A stretch of DNA of 64,000 nucleotides from Candidatus Thorarchaeota archaeon (lineage in GTDB: Archaea > Asgardarchaeota > Thorarchaeia > Thorarchaeales > Thorarchaeaceae): positions 704,001 through 768,000 of the forward strand of contig CAVSBO010000003.1 in the NCBI GenBank assembly GCA_963726195.1. The letters run 5' to 3'. A model generated the notes under the pieces. It saw only the letters and a list, made by a program, of their open reading frames with translations. It ran no database searches and was not told where the DNA came from. Positions 27,682 through 37,980 of the stretch are shown in pieces (position 1 is the first letter of the stretch; every line of letters starts with the position of its first letter). The translations under genes were made by a program, and so were the position numbers.

Positions 27682-28746
27682 TCACAGACTGACGACCCAA
27701 CCATATTTGTCCTTTCCCTCGCCACATTGAAGGGCAGTGAGTTCGTCATACAGCTTCCGGGTCAACTCACCGGTCTTGCCACCAGATACAACATACGACT
27801 TGCCCTGATACACAAGCTCCCCAATAGGAGCAATAATCGCCGCAGTGCCAGCGCCGAACACCTCTTTGACTTTGCCTGACTTGGTTCCTTCGATAATCTC
27901 ATCAATAGAAATGCGGCGCTCGTTTACAGTGAGTTTCCAGTCCCTCGCTATTCGAACTACTGAATCTCGCGTAATGCCGGGCAGTATTGTGCCGTCAAGA
28001 GGTTGGGTCGCCAGCTCCTTGTCGAACTTGACAAACACGTTCATGGTGCTTGTCTCTTCGATATACTTGCGTTCAATGGCATCGAGCCACAGTACCTGAG
28101 AACAACCGGCATCCGAAGCCTCTTTGCCTCCCAAGAGACTGGCGGCGTAGTTGCCCATCGTTTTTGAGAATCCTACTCCTCCCCGCACAGCCCTCACATA
28201 CGTGTCTGAGACCATGATCTTCAGCGGGTTGAAGCCCTCCGGAAAATACGGTCCAACTGGTCCCACAATTACATAGAACAGATACTCCAGAGCTGCTCTT
28301 ACGCCGAGTTTGGGCTCAACTGCTATCATTGTCGGCCTGATGTATAGCGATGTTCCGGGCAGTTCCGGAATCCAGTCCTTTTCGGTTTTCACTAGCTCTT
28401 TCAAGCACTCGAGCACGAAGTCAACGTCAACTTCGGGCATTACCATTCTCTTGGCCGAAGCGTTCAGGCGCACGATGTTGTCCCGAGGACGAAATAGATA
28501 GACCTTCCCTGCCCTGCGATAAGCCTTGAGACCTTCGAACACGCCCTGCCCATAATGAAGAACCATTGCAGCAGGGTCGAGCGAAAGTGGTTGGTAGGGG
28601 CCAATCTGAGGGTCTGACCATTGCCCGTTTCTATAACGCATTGTGAACATGTGATCTGTGAAGGTTGACCCGAAAGGAAGCTTGAGAGGATCCTTGGGCT
28701 TTGGCTTCCGCCTTGCGGGCGGTACGAGGTCTGTCTTCAGATTCAT
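27682..28746 (-). CDS. ilvE: Branched-chain amino acid aminotransferase
   Basis: FGSTFTDHM, LHYGQGVFEGLKA, LYIRP, KTMGNYA, ILPGITR and GTAAII motifs. Confidence 0.95.
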   Translation of the reverse strand: MNLKTDLVPPARRKPKPKDPLKLPFGSTFTDHMFTMRYRNGQWSDPQIGPYQPLSLDPAAMVLHYGQGVFEGLKAYRRAGKVYLFRPRDNIVRLNASAKRMVMPEVDVDFVLECLKELVKTEKDWIPELPGTSLYIRPTMIAVEPKLGVRAALEYLFYVIVGPVGPYFPEGFNPLKIMVSDTYVRAVRGGVGFSKTMGNYAASLLGGKEASDAGCSQVLWLDAIERKYIEETSTMNVFVKFDKELATQPLDGTILPGITRDSVVRIARDWKLTVNERRISIDEIIEGTKSGKVKEVFGAGTAAIIAPIGELVYQGKSYVVSGGKTGELTRKLYDELTALQCGEGKDKYGWVVSL

Positions 28747-28924
28747 GTCTTCACGACGGCTCAAGTCCTGCTGGCGCCTCACGTTATAGTTTTCGGTGAA
28801 ATGCCATCAAGGTTCCCTCAAGTGGATACCAGTCTGTATTACTTTCCTCGGAAAAAGCTTAAGTCGGTCCAATTGGTGAAAGCTTGATAGGACAATCGTG
28901 TTGATAGACAAGGACGTGTAGCTG

Positions 28925-29536
28925 ATGAGTCATGGTCCAGGACCTCAGGGGGGCAGCGATGACTACCTACAGCTAGACCCGAGAGAGGTCCTAACGCAGT
29001 ACAGTGTTGAGTGGACTGCTCTTCGTGCATCGTACGAAGAAGTCAAGGGGAAGCTCGAGCAAATGCAAACGGCTCTGGCGGAACTGGACCAGAAGCTCGC
29101 GAAGAAGGAGATAACCGAGCAGGAGCACATCCAGCAGTATAAGGAGATGTGGCAGCGTTCGACTCAGATAATCGGAGTCAAGCGAGAACTCGAAGCCAGG
29201 TTATACGAGCTTCAACAAGAGATTAGAGTCGCCAACAAGAAGCTCAAAGAATGGGAAGCCGAGAGAGTAAGACGCCAGCATAGGGAAGAAGAAAGAAGTG
29301 CCGCCATGATTGAGTGGATGTCACTAAAACAGGGCTTCGAACTCGTCGTCAACAGGCGCAACGAGTTAGCTGCTCAGATGGACAAGACTGAAGCTCAGCG
29401 AAGAGCCGGCAAGATATCGGAAGCTAATTACCGATTGGCTCTCATGTCCCAATTCCGGCAACTCGCTGAGTTGAGAACTCTGGAGACCGACGTCGAAACA
29501 CGGCTTGCGGAACTTCTCGAAATCATACGAAGATGA
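28925..29536 (+). CDS. All-helical coiled-coil protein with two CdvA/SHOCT-like repeats
   Basis: Internal duplication: EW..L...+E...KKEITEQEH versus EW..L...FE...AGKISEANY. Confidence 0.7.
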   Translation: MSHGPGPQGGSDDYLQLDPREVLTQYSVEWTALRASYEEVKGKLEQMQTALAELDQKLAKKEITEQEHIQQYKEMWQRSTQIIGVKRELEARLYELQQEIRVANKKLKEWEAERVRRQHREEERSAAMIEWMSLKQGFELVVNRRNELAAQMDKTEAQRRAGKISEANYRLALMSQFRQLAELRTLETDVETRLAELLEIIRR

Positions 29537-29848
29537 CATGGGCGGCTCCCTCTACGCATCATAGTTGACGTTCCGTTGTGGTTTTTTGTCTAGGAAACTG
29601 GATTCGTGTAACGGACAGCCCATCTCATTCTGGGACGCGCGGCAAACGCAATGAGCAGAGACTGCGTTCCGACTATTGCACAATTCGCACTTGCCGCGAT
29701 TTGCGATTATGAGTGCGACTTCAAGAATGCTGAGATTGCCCACCAAGTCCCACGCTCCGGTTCTGACACAAACAGCGAGGAGCACGTAGGAAAGCGTTTA
29801 ATACCAAATCGAATGGATTTCACCACAAAAACCGCAGGACGGGTAACT

Positions 29849-31111
29849 ATGTCAAATCCTGAATCCAATCCTTGGGAGAACGTTCTAACGCAGCTACACC
29901 TTGCAGCTGAAGCGATTAAGCTAGACGAGAATATACTAAAGATTCTCGAGAAGCCGGATAAGATTCTGATAACCTATTTCCCAGTTATCATGGACGACGG
30001 CCATCTTGAAATCTTTGAAGGTTACAGAGTACAGCACTCACATCATCGAGGACCATGCAAAGGCGGAATCCGATACGCGCCTGACCTCAGCCTCGATGAA
30101 GTGAAAGCCCTAGCCGCATTGATGACTTGGAAGACTGCTGTGGTCAACATTCCATTCGGCGGGGCCAAGGGCGGTGTCGTATGCGACCCGTGGAAGCTCA
30201 GTTCCGCTGAGCTGAAGAAAATGACGCGAAGATTCACTTACAGTCTGATTGGCATGATTGGGCCAGAATCAGACATACCTGCTCCCGACGTGAACACGAA
30301 CCCGGAGGTTATGTCGTGGATGCTGGACACATATTCCATGTGGACTGGTCACACCGAGCTCAGCGTTGTCACAGGCAAACCAGTCGAAATCGGTGGCAGC
30401 GTTGGCAGAACCGAAGCTACCGGAAGAGGGCTGTTCTATGTGATGGAGGAAGCCTTGAGACAGAAAGGTCGCAGTACTAGAGGGCTGCAAGTTGCTGTGC
30501 AAGGCTTCGGCAATGTGGGCAGCTACTTCTGTAAATTCGCTCATCAAGGCGGCTTCAAGGTCGTAGCTGTAGCAGATGCCTTCGGCGGCGTCTACGATCA
30601 ACATGGGCTTGATATCCCCAAGCTGATCGACTACGCATCCAAGCAACCGAAGAAGTCGGTGGATGGTTTTCCGGGCGCAGACACCATAACCAACAAAGAC
30701 CTCTTCGAACTGGATGTGCCCATTATCGCGCCATGTGCTATGGGCGATGCGATTACAAAGGACAATGCAGACTCCATTCAGGCTTCCATGATAGTTGAAG
30801 GGGCCAACGGTCCCACTACTCCTGAAGCCGACGCTATTCTGGCAGAAAAAGGAGCGACAGTAGTACCGGACGTACTTGCAAACGCAGGCGGTGTTACTGT
30901 GAGTGACTTCGAATGGGTTCAGGGACTGCAACACTTCTTCTGGAATGAGCAGCAGGTTAGCCAAGCGCTTCGAGACATCCTAGTCAAATCGTTTGACGAG
31001 GTCAACAAGACTGCATCGGAGTACAACATCAGAAGTCTTCGGACTGCAGCGCTCGCATTGGCAGTGAAAAGAGTCGCTAGGGCAATTGAGCTCAGAGGCA
31101 TATTCCCGTAG
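29849..31111 (+). CDS. gdhA: Glutamate dehydrogenase (Glu/Leu/Phe/Val dehydrogenase family)
   Basis: GPCKGGIRY, MTWK, GGAKGG, DIPAPDV, GFGNVG, EGANGP and NAGGVTVS motifs. Confidence 0.93.
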   Translation: MSNPESNPWENVLTQLHLAAEAIKLDENILKILEKPDKILITYFPVIMDDGHLEIFEGYRVQHSHHRGPCKGGIRYAPDLSLDEVKALAALMTWKTAVVNIPFGGAKGGVVCDPWKLSSAELKKMTRRFTYSLIGMIGPESDIPAPDVNTNPEVMSWMLDTYSMWTGHTELSVVTGKPVEIGGSVGRTEATGRGLFYVMEEALRQKGRSTRGLQVAVQGFGNVGSYFCKFAHQGGFKVVAVADAFGGVYDQHGLDIPKLIDYASKQPKKSVDGFPGADTITNKDLFELDVPIIAPCAMGDAITKDNADSIQASMIVEGANGPTTPEADAILAEKGATVVPDVLANAGGVTVSDFEWVQGLQHFFWNEQQVSQALRDILVKSFDEVNKTASEYNIRSLRTAALALAVKRVARAIELRGIFP

Positions 31112-31384
31112 TAGTCTAACGGTTGTTTTTCCGACCGAAGGAGATACCTCATCACGAGGGCTCCTTCGGCCTCAGCCAATGCAATCTGGCCAGTGGCAAA
31201 TGGGAATGCTAGAGCCATCATGCGCAACTCTCTCTCCTCGTTCGAGCCCCGTAGCTTAGCGAGTACATGTGATCATCCTGACTGCACGTATAATCCAGTC
31301 TTACCACCTCATAATCTATGTCGAATGTATAGAAGAAGTGGGGGACCACCCAGATGGATGATCCTCCGAGTACCCTATGGAACT

Positions 31385-32653
31385 CTATGGGAACAGACCA
31401 CGCTGCTCCATCACTGATGCTATTCTGCCTACGGCCAGCATGAATGCTGCCGTTCTCATGTGTACGTTTTCCTTCTTGGCAATGTCATAGACTTCGTGGA
31501 ATGCCTTCACCATGCGTGCCTCAAGTTTGGTATTCACTTCCTGTTCAGTCCAGTATTCGCGTCTCAGGTTCTGAAGCCATTCATAGTAAGAGACTGTCAC
31601 TCCTCCGGCATTGGCCAAGATGTCGGGAACAAGGAAGGTCCCACTCTTGTAGAGGACTTCATCAGCCTCTGGTGTAGTCGGGCCATTTGCACCCTCGATG
31701 ATTATCTTAGCGTTCACTGAGTCTACGTTGCTAGATGTAATCTCGTTCTCCAGAGCACAGGGGAACAGAAAATCGACATCGAGTTCGACCACCTTGTCAA
31801 GCGGTATCTCTTTCGATCCGGGGAAACCCTTTACCGTGCCGGTCCTTGCCTTGAAGTCACCGACTTTGCGAGCATCCAAACCATCAGGATTGTAGATTGC
31901 GCCTTGGGAGTCGCTACATGCAACGACTCTCATGCGGAGATCTTGGGCAAGCCATGCCGAGTTGTACCCAACGTTTCCGTATCCAGTCACTGCTACAGTG
32001 GCGCCCTGCAGCTTTGCTCCGGTCACCTTGGCGGCCTCTCTGGCACATATTACCACACCACGGGAAGTGGCTTCGTTCCGACCGAGGGATCCCCCTAGGA
32101 TGATAGGTTTGCCTGTAACAACTGCAGGCTCGACGATTCCCATAGCAGCGCTATAGGTATCCATGATCCAAGCCATGGTCTGAGGGTTCGTGTTCACGTC
32201 CGGAGCGGGGATATCCCTCAGCGGTCCAATAATGGTACTAATCTCGGAGGTGAATCTGCGGGTGAGCCTCTCAAGTTCGGCGCTGCTCATCTCTTTTGGA
32301 TTGCAGATGATTCCACCTTTTCCTCCGCCGTACGGAATATCCATTACTGCCGTCTTCATTGACATCCAAGTGGCGAGCGCCTTGACCTCATCGACGTTTA
32401 CGTCGGGACCGTATCGGATGCCACCTTTGAAGGGACCGCGCGCATCGTTATGTTGGACTCTGTAACCGCGGAACACCCGCAACTGACCATTGTCCATCCT
32501 TATGGGAACTGCTACTTCTAGGACGCGTTTGGGCTGCTTTATGATTTCAATTATTCCAGGATCGACTTTCAGCCGCTTAGCGACAATATCTATCTGATGC
32601 TGAGCAATCTGAAACGGGTTGTTAGCTGTGATGCCTTGTGTTTCCTCTTCCAA
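31385..32653 (-). CDS. gdhA: Glutamate dehydrogenase, second paralog
   Basis: GPFKGGIRY, GGGKGG, DIPAPDV, GYGNVG, EGANGP and NAGGVTVSYYEW motifs. TTG start after GGAGG. Confidence 0.93.
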   Translation of the reverse strand: MEEETQGITANNPFQIAQHQIDIVAKRLKVDPGIIEIIKQPKRVLEVAVPIRMDNGQLRVFRGYRVQHNDARGPFKGGIRYGPDVNVDEVKALATWMSMKTAVMDIPYGGGKGGIICNPKEMSSAELERLTRRFTSEISTIIGPLRDIPAPDVNTNPQTMAWIMDTYSAAMGIVEPAVVTGKPIILGGSLGRNEATSRGVVICAREAAKVTGAKLQGATVAVTGYGNVGYNSAWLAQDLRMRVVACSDSQGAIYNPDGLDARKVGDFKARTGTVKGFPGSKEIPLDKVVELDVDFLFPCALENEITSSNVDSVNAKIIIEGANGPTTPEADEVLYKSGTFLVPDILANAGGVTVSYYEWLQNLRREYWTEQEVNTKLEARMVKAFHEVYDIAKKENVHMRTAAFMLAVGRIASVMEQRGLFP

Positions 32654-32989
32654 GTTGAGTTCCTCCGTTGAGAAGTGGTAAGGAAGCCATCCGCGGCTTG
32701 AAGCTCCACCTATTAAAGATGCACGGTCAAATAGCAATCGTGGACAATTAGGACCCTGTTTTTATGAACTTCTTGCATCCCGGAGAACGACTGAGTCCCA
32801 ATGCAGCATTCACGGGTTGAATTGGTGTACTGATGTGTCCTTCTGGGAATCTCGCGCAGTCGCGGTCACGTAGAGAGCACACCACCTACGTTGATCCAAG
32901 ACTAGGGAATTCGCTGTGAGCCCATTTCGAGTACGCTCACAATAGAAGACAGCATTGCAGTCTGCACTGGCCATTCGAGTGCTGGAATC

Positions 32990-34072
32990 CTACTGCTTTG
33001 GCTCAAGCAGCTCCCTGAGCTTTCTCCCTTTGTACATCTCCATTCTCTTTCGTATGAGCATTAGTGCAACGATGTTGTAACTAAAGGAAATCGTCATGCG
33101 AGGGGTCAGGTATGTGACGCTTGCACCACCAAATGCGCCAGAAAATCTCTCCCTGTATCCTTCATCCCACTGGAGATAGTCGCCTATGCTTTGATGGTTT
33201 CCGATAATCAAGAGATTGTATCTTCCTTGCACGGTCCTTAGAGCAACGGGAACATGAGGGTCAGCCACAATCTCGCGCACTATCTTCTCCCACTGTTTCT
33301 TCACCTCCACGAGTGACAACGTTAGTATATAGTCAGGAGGGACGAAGTAGTTGGGGAAATTGCATACCGGACGGGAGATGTATCCTTCTTCTATCATCGA
33401 TGCAATGCGTTTCTCGACAGTCTTTCGATGCAGGCCCGTCTTCTGGCACAGGTGCGCCTCATTGATCTTTAGACCTACGCCAGAAGTCAGGCATTTCAGA
33501 ATCTCGAAGTCGAGGTCGGAGAGATCTAGTCCGTTCAAATGCTGGGAATTGTTTTGGTGAGACTCTTGCATCATAAGAGTCAGTCCAGAAGAGGGCTCAT
33601 GCTTGATCGTTAGTTCATTAGAGTGATAGGACGAACTCGAAAGAAAAGACGTCATATCTTCAGGAATGTCATATTCTGTTCTCATAATTGCTGGAAGAGA
33701 CTCCCTCCAGCGAAGATAGCTTGTCAGGTCTTGGTGATAAACGAACAACAGAGTGTTGAAGTCTGATTGCCTAGTCCTGAATGCCGCGAATATGTAGGGG
33801 TCTTCCTTGATCCATCTTTCGAATCGGGCGTCATCCGGAGCTTCAAGATATAGAATCACAAAGAGCGGGTAGACCCTGCCCAGCCCGACAAACGGAACAT
33901 GCGGGACATCTAGAACTCCGTGGTCCATTAGAGCTTGGACCCTGCCTGCTATTGTGTGCCTGTGGTGACCCAGTACGCGAGACAATTCGCTAAGATTGAC
34001 ACTGACAGCCTGTCCCGATACCAACTCCTCAAGAATGGTGAGATTGCTCTTGTCCGATAGAAGATCTGGCAC
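32990..34072 (-). CDS. Tandem-duplicated Lrp/AsnC-type transcriptional regulator
   Basis: Two HTH plus RAM-like repeats (NLSELSRVLGHHRHTI and NEAHLCQKTGLHRKTV). Confidence 0.75.
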   Translation of the reverse strand: MPDLLSDKSNLTILEELVSGQAVSVNLSELSRVLGHHRHTIAGRVQALMDHGVLDVPHVPFVGLGRVYPLFVILYLEAPDDARFERWIKEDPYIFAAFRTRQSDFNTLLFVYHQDLTSYLRWRESLPAIMRTEYDIPEDMTSFLSSSSYHSNELTIKHEPSSGLTLMMQESHQNNSQHLNGLDLSDLDFEILKCLTSGVGLKINEAHLCQKTGLHRKTVEKRIASMIEEGYISRPVCNFPNYFVPPDYILTLSLVEVKKQWEKIVREIVADPHVPVALRTVQGRYNLLIIGNHQSIGDYLQWDEGYRERFSGAFGGASVTYLTPRMTISFSYNIVALMLIRKRMEMYKGRKLRELLEPKQ

Positions 34073-34327
34073 GCAGCTAGGGCCGTTGTGACATAATTAA
34101 TACTTTTGTGTGCATGCAATACCAAAAATGTCAGTAGGAAAGCGGCATGCTGTAAGTGTACTTTCTGCATTCATCACCTAGATGAACGGTACGTAAATGC
34201 ATTCTCTAGGCCACTTTGATGCATTCTTTGGCACAAGTTCCTAGTCGGGGGTCCACGGAGGTTAAGTGTACTCCACTTATCGCGAAAGGCACGAGCTTCA
34301 ACAAAGAAGCCAGAAGAGCGATGAAAA

Positions 34328-35555
34328 ATGGCAACATTGAAGGATGCATCGACAGAAGTTCAATCGCAGCAGATGGCTATGCTCGAGCGAATGCTCGAGG
34401 ATGTTAACGTTGCTGCTTTCAGTGACAAATGGGGCCCTGAGAAGGTCCTTCGTGTCTATGATCCCAGCCTCGGGATGGAAGGGGTGCTCATCATAGACAA
34501 TACTGCACTCGGCCCAGGAAAGGGTGGCTTCAGAATCAGAGCAGGCCTAACGCCGCTTGAAGTCTTCGGACTAGCGAGGACAATGACTTGGAAATGCTCA
34601 CTTGCTGGTCTTCCATTTGGAGGAGCCAAAGGCGGTATTAATGCAGACCCATATTCAATCGACAAGCTGTCCTACGTCAGGTCATTCGCAAGAGCTGTAT
34701 CAGCTCACGTACCAGACGAATGGGTTTCTGCACCTGACATGAACGTGGGTGAAGAAGAGATCGCCGCATTTGTCGAAGTCGTTGGCGATAAGAAGGCCGC
34801 TACAGGAAAACCCGAGAGAATGGGAGGAATTCCTCACGAACTTGGAACGACGGGTTTCGGACTTGGAGTCGGTATAGAGACAACGCTAAGCATACTCTCT
34901 GAGTTTATTCCGGTCCAAAACACGGTCGATGGTCTCACCGTCGCAATCCATGGATTCGGCAATGTGGGATCGGAAGTAGCTGAAGTATCTCGTTCGCAAG
35001 GGTGCGAAAATCGTAGCTATTGGAGACTTCTGGGGAGGAGCTTACAATGCCAAAGGCATTGACATTGACGTAGCAATGAAGCATGCCTACGCAACAGACG
35101 AGGCTCACTCCTGCAAACACTGCAAGGGAGCCAGAGAGATTGGCAGAGACGAAGTTCTCGAAGTGGAATGTGATGTGCTGATTCCGGCTGCAGTTGGGAA
35201 TGTCATCACAGAGCGCAATGCAAGCAAGGTCCGAGCAGGGCTCATAGTCGAAGGTGCAAACAACCCGACGACTCAAGCCGGAGAAGAGATACTCTTCAAG
35301 AAAGGTGTTCTGATTTTGCCCGATATGCTTGCTAACTCTGGAGGCGTGATAGGTTCCTATGCTGAGTATCTTGGGAAGAGCATCGATGAAGCGTTCGCCA
35401 TGATCGATTCGAAGATCAGGGAGAACACGAAGCTGGTGCTGACCAGCTCAATCAGTGGTGACGTCGTGATGCTTCCGAGGGCCGTCGCAATGATGATTGC
35501 AAAGGAAAGGGTCCTGAAAGCAATGGAGCGACGCATGAACAAAGGGAGTCATTGA
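34328..35555 (+). CDS. Third, divergent Glu/Leu/Phe/Val dehydrogenase; frameshift near 34982
   Basis: GPGKGGFR, MTWK, GGAKGG, SAPD and GFGNVG. Deleting one G restores VAKYLVRKGAKIVAIGD and joins the EGANNP/NSGGVIGS half. Confidence 0.88.
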
Positions 35556-35579
35556 TCAAGAACAAAATGAGGTGAAAGA

Positions 35580-35864
35580 ATGGATAAGAAAATGATTGCT
35601 ATACTACAAGCGCTGGATATGGCTAAGGGATCCTGCCCAATAGGCTTCGTGTCACTGCATACGAATATTGCAGAACCGTTGCCGATTCTTGAGTCTCTCG
35701 AGAAGGCAGGGCTTACTCGACGCGTCGAGTCTAGGGAATGGTCACTGACAGGCGGTCCTCGATTCGAGATTACCGAGAAAGCGCGCAAGCAGCTAAAGGA
35801 AATGGAGTCTGCAAGTCCGGAGGTCTCACTCAGCGTTGTTGAAGAGGCCCTGACTCATCACTAG
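35580..35864 (+). CDS. Small winged-helix-like protein
   Basis: LESLEKAGLTRR...FEITEKAR wHTH pattern; GAGGTGA RBS. Confidence 0.6.
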   Translation: MDKKMIAILQALDMAKGSCPIGFVSLHTNIAEPLPILESLEKAGLTRRVESREWSLTGGPRFEITEKARKQLKEMESASPEVSLSVVEEALTHH

Positions 35865-36020
35865 GCAGATAGTGCCTGGCAAAAGCGGACAATTTCTGAT
35901 CTAGATTAACCAAAGACGTGCGGGCCTCCGTGATTACGGTATCGCCGACACGGAGGACACCGACGTCACACTGTTTCTTTTCAAGACGCTAGCAATCCCG
36001 TTAGCGAGGCACCTTGACAA

Positions 36021-36750
36021 CTATCGCCCGAAAGGTCCGTCGTGGTCAGCGCGCCCGTAGGCCCTTCTTTCAGACTCCTCCGAAGTCAAGCGATCCACCT
36101 CTGGGATGACACGAGAACATCTTGACATCGCACTCATCGCAGACCAGTGCGTGTGTCTCTTTGATTCCCACTATTCTTCCACACGAAATGCAAGTCCACA
36201 GGCCTCCTTGGTAGAGCTTGGTCTTTCGAAACACAGACCGGGCCATAGGTGCAAGGGACTCCGGACAGTCTGCAGCAACTCCCTGAATCCCATCATTCGA
36301 CCACTCACAAACGAGGGATACGAGTGTCGTAAGGAGTTCAATGACCTTGGTGGTGTCCTCATCCACTGCAGGGCTCCGTTCACTCGTAATATGTTGAGGG
36401 GTATCGGGAATGGCCGACAGTAGCTCAAGAAAGGCAAAGAAAGCAGGAGGAGGAAGAGCGTCCTTTGCCTCTGACTCTACCATTCGTGCTAAGACTGCAG
36501 ACATCATAAGGGTCTGCGAATAGTCTCGACGAAGTATTCTCAATGCCTCATCCACTATCAAGACGGGGTTCAGACGATACTGCTCAGGATTCAGTCCGAT
36601 CTGTTCGACGATTGTTCCCACTGAATGGAGAAACCCCTTGCCCTTGCTCATATCACGATTGACTCGCTTAGCTACCTCTGGGTAGTCTAGGCCCGAATCT
36701 TGGGCAACCTTTCGTAACAAATCACGGGCTGTCAGAATCACAAAGAGCAC
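36021..36750 (-). CDS. Hypothetical protein with a C-terminal zinc ribbon (probable indel near 36115)
   Basis: WTCISCG...VCDEC motif. An alternative frame gives a plausible tail ending at the TAG at 36021. Confidence 0.6.
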
Positions 36751-36915
36751 GTACCTTTTCTACTAGGGCTCTTTCGTCACACAATTCATTTTAGGTTGTC
36801 GTACGTGTCGTAATGACACCGAAGAACGAGAATCCCCACGGAAGAGTTCCGAACAGTTCTTTACCAGCGGCAGGGGACAACTCTATTAAAGGGCGTATCT
36901 CGCGGCTTGACGACA

Positions 36916-37902
36916 ATGAAGGAATACGATGTAGTTCTTGCCAGTGGTGCTGAACACCTTAGACAGTGTTTTGAGAAGCACGGATACCGTGTCTTCAGCT
37001 GTGCAATGAACTACGATGGCCGTCGTATGTTTCCCAATGCAGATGTATACGCTCGCATTCCAGACGTGGAGAAGCTGTCCGACCGTAGAGTGGTCGTGAT
37101 TCAGAGCTGCACCGGGTCTAGTCCATCCGACAAGGAAGCGTTCACCACGTCGGACCGTGTTGTGGAGCTGCTTCTCATTCTCGATATTCTCGCCCAGCCA
37201 TATAACGTGGAGGAGTTAAGTCACAAGCAGTATCGGTCCAAGCCGATTCTGCCTCCCTCTCATGTTGAAGTGGTTCTCACGTTTCAGCCATTTGGCCTCC
37301 AGGACAAGGCCTTCAAGACAGGCGAGGCGATATCTTGCAAGTGGGCGGCAGAGCAGATAACTCGAGCATGCAACAAGGTTTGGGTCGTGAACCCACATGC
37401 GAAGCCAAACCTTCCATGGGTTAAAGCAATCACTTCAAGGGGAGCCTACCAAGAAATCGACATCATGCCGGATCTGATTGAGTTCGCAGCTGCAAGGTTT
37501 GGGTTTGACAAGTATTCAGTCATTACCCCTGACGAGGGGGGCCAGGAGCGATTTGCTGTCGAAGGCTTTGGAAAGAAGCGCACCAATTCCTATTCGGTGG
37601 AACTTTCAGGAGACGTCAAGGTCAAAGCAAAGAGAGTCATCTTAATAGACGACCTCACAAAGAGCGGGACGACTCTGTTGAAGGCCGCCGAGAGACTTCG
37701 GGCCCAAGGTGCGTCCGATGTGGGACTAGCTGTAGTCCACGTGATGCCACTCGCCGACAAGGGCGAGCAGCTGCTTGAGAACCTAGTTGAAAAAAGCGGC
37801 GGACGTATTGTAACCTCCAACACTATACATACACGGATATTCTGTGAACAAAGACCCGAGAACACCTACAATGTCGTCGATTCGCTTGTGAAAATCATCT
37901 AG
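36916..37902 (+). CDS. Divergent ribose-phosphate pyrophosphokinase / PRTase-fold protein
   Basis: FPNADVYARI, VVVIQS, QDK...GEAIS, PDEGG and the ILIDDLTKSGTTL PRPP-binding loop. Confidence 0.75.
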   Translation: MKEYDVVLASGAEHLRQCFEKHGYRVFSCAMNYDGRRMFPNADVYARIPDVEKLSDRRVVVIQSCTGSSPSDKEAFTTSDRVVELLLILDILAQPYNVEELSHKQYRSKPILPPSHVEVVLTFQPFGLQDKAFKTGEAISCKWAAEQITRACNKVWVVNPHAKPNLPWVKAITSRGAYQEIDIMPDLIEFAAARFGFDKYSVITPDEGGQERFAVEGFGKKRTNSYSVELSGDVKVKAKRVILIDDLTKSGTTLLKAAERLRAQGASDVGLAVVHVMPLADKGEQLLENLVEKSGGRIVTSNTIHTRIFCEQRPENTYNVVDSLVKII

Positions 37903-37980
37903 TGCCAGGGTTTGGTGCCCTTTATCGGCAACACATAATTACTCATGTGTGCACTGAAGTCACTGCGTGAGGTGACCGGT

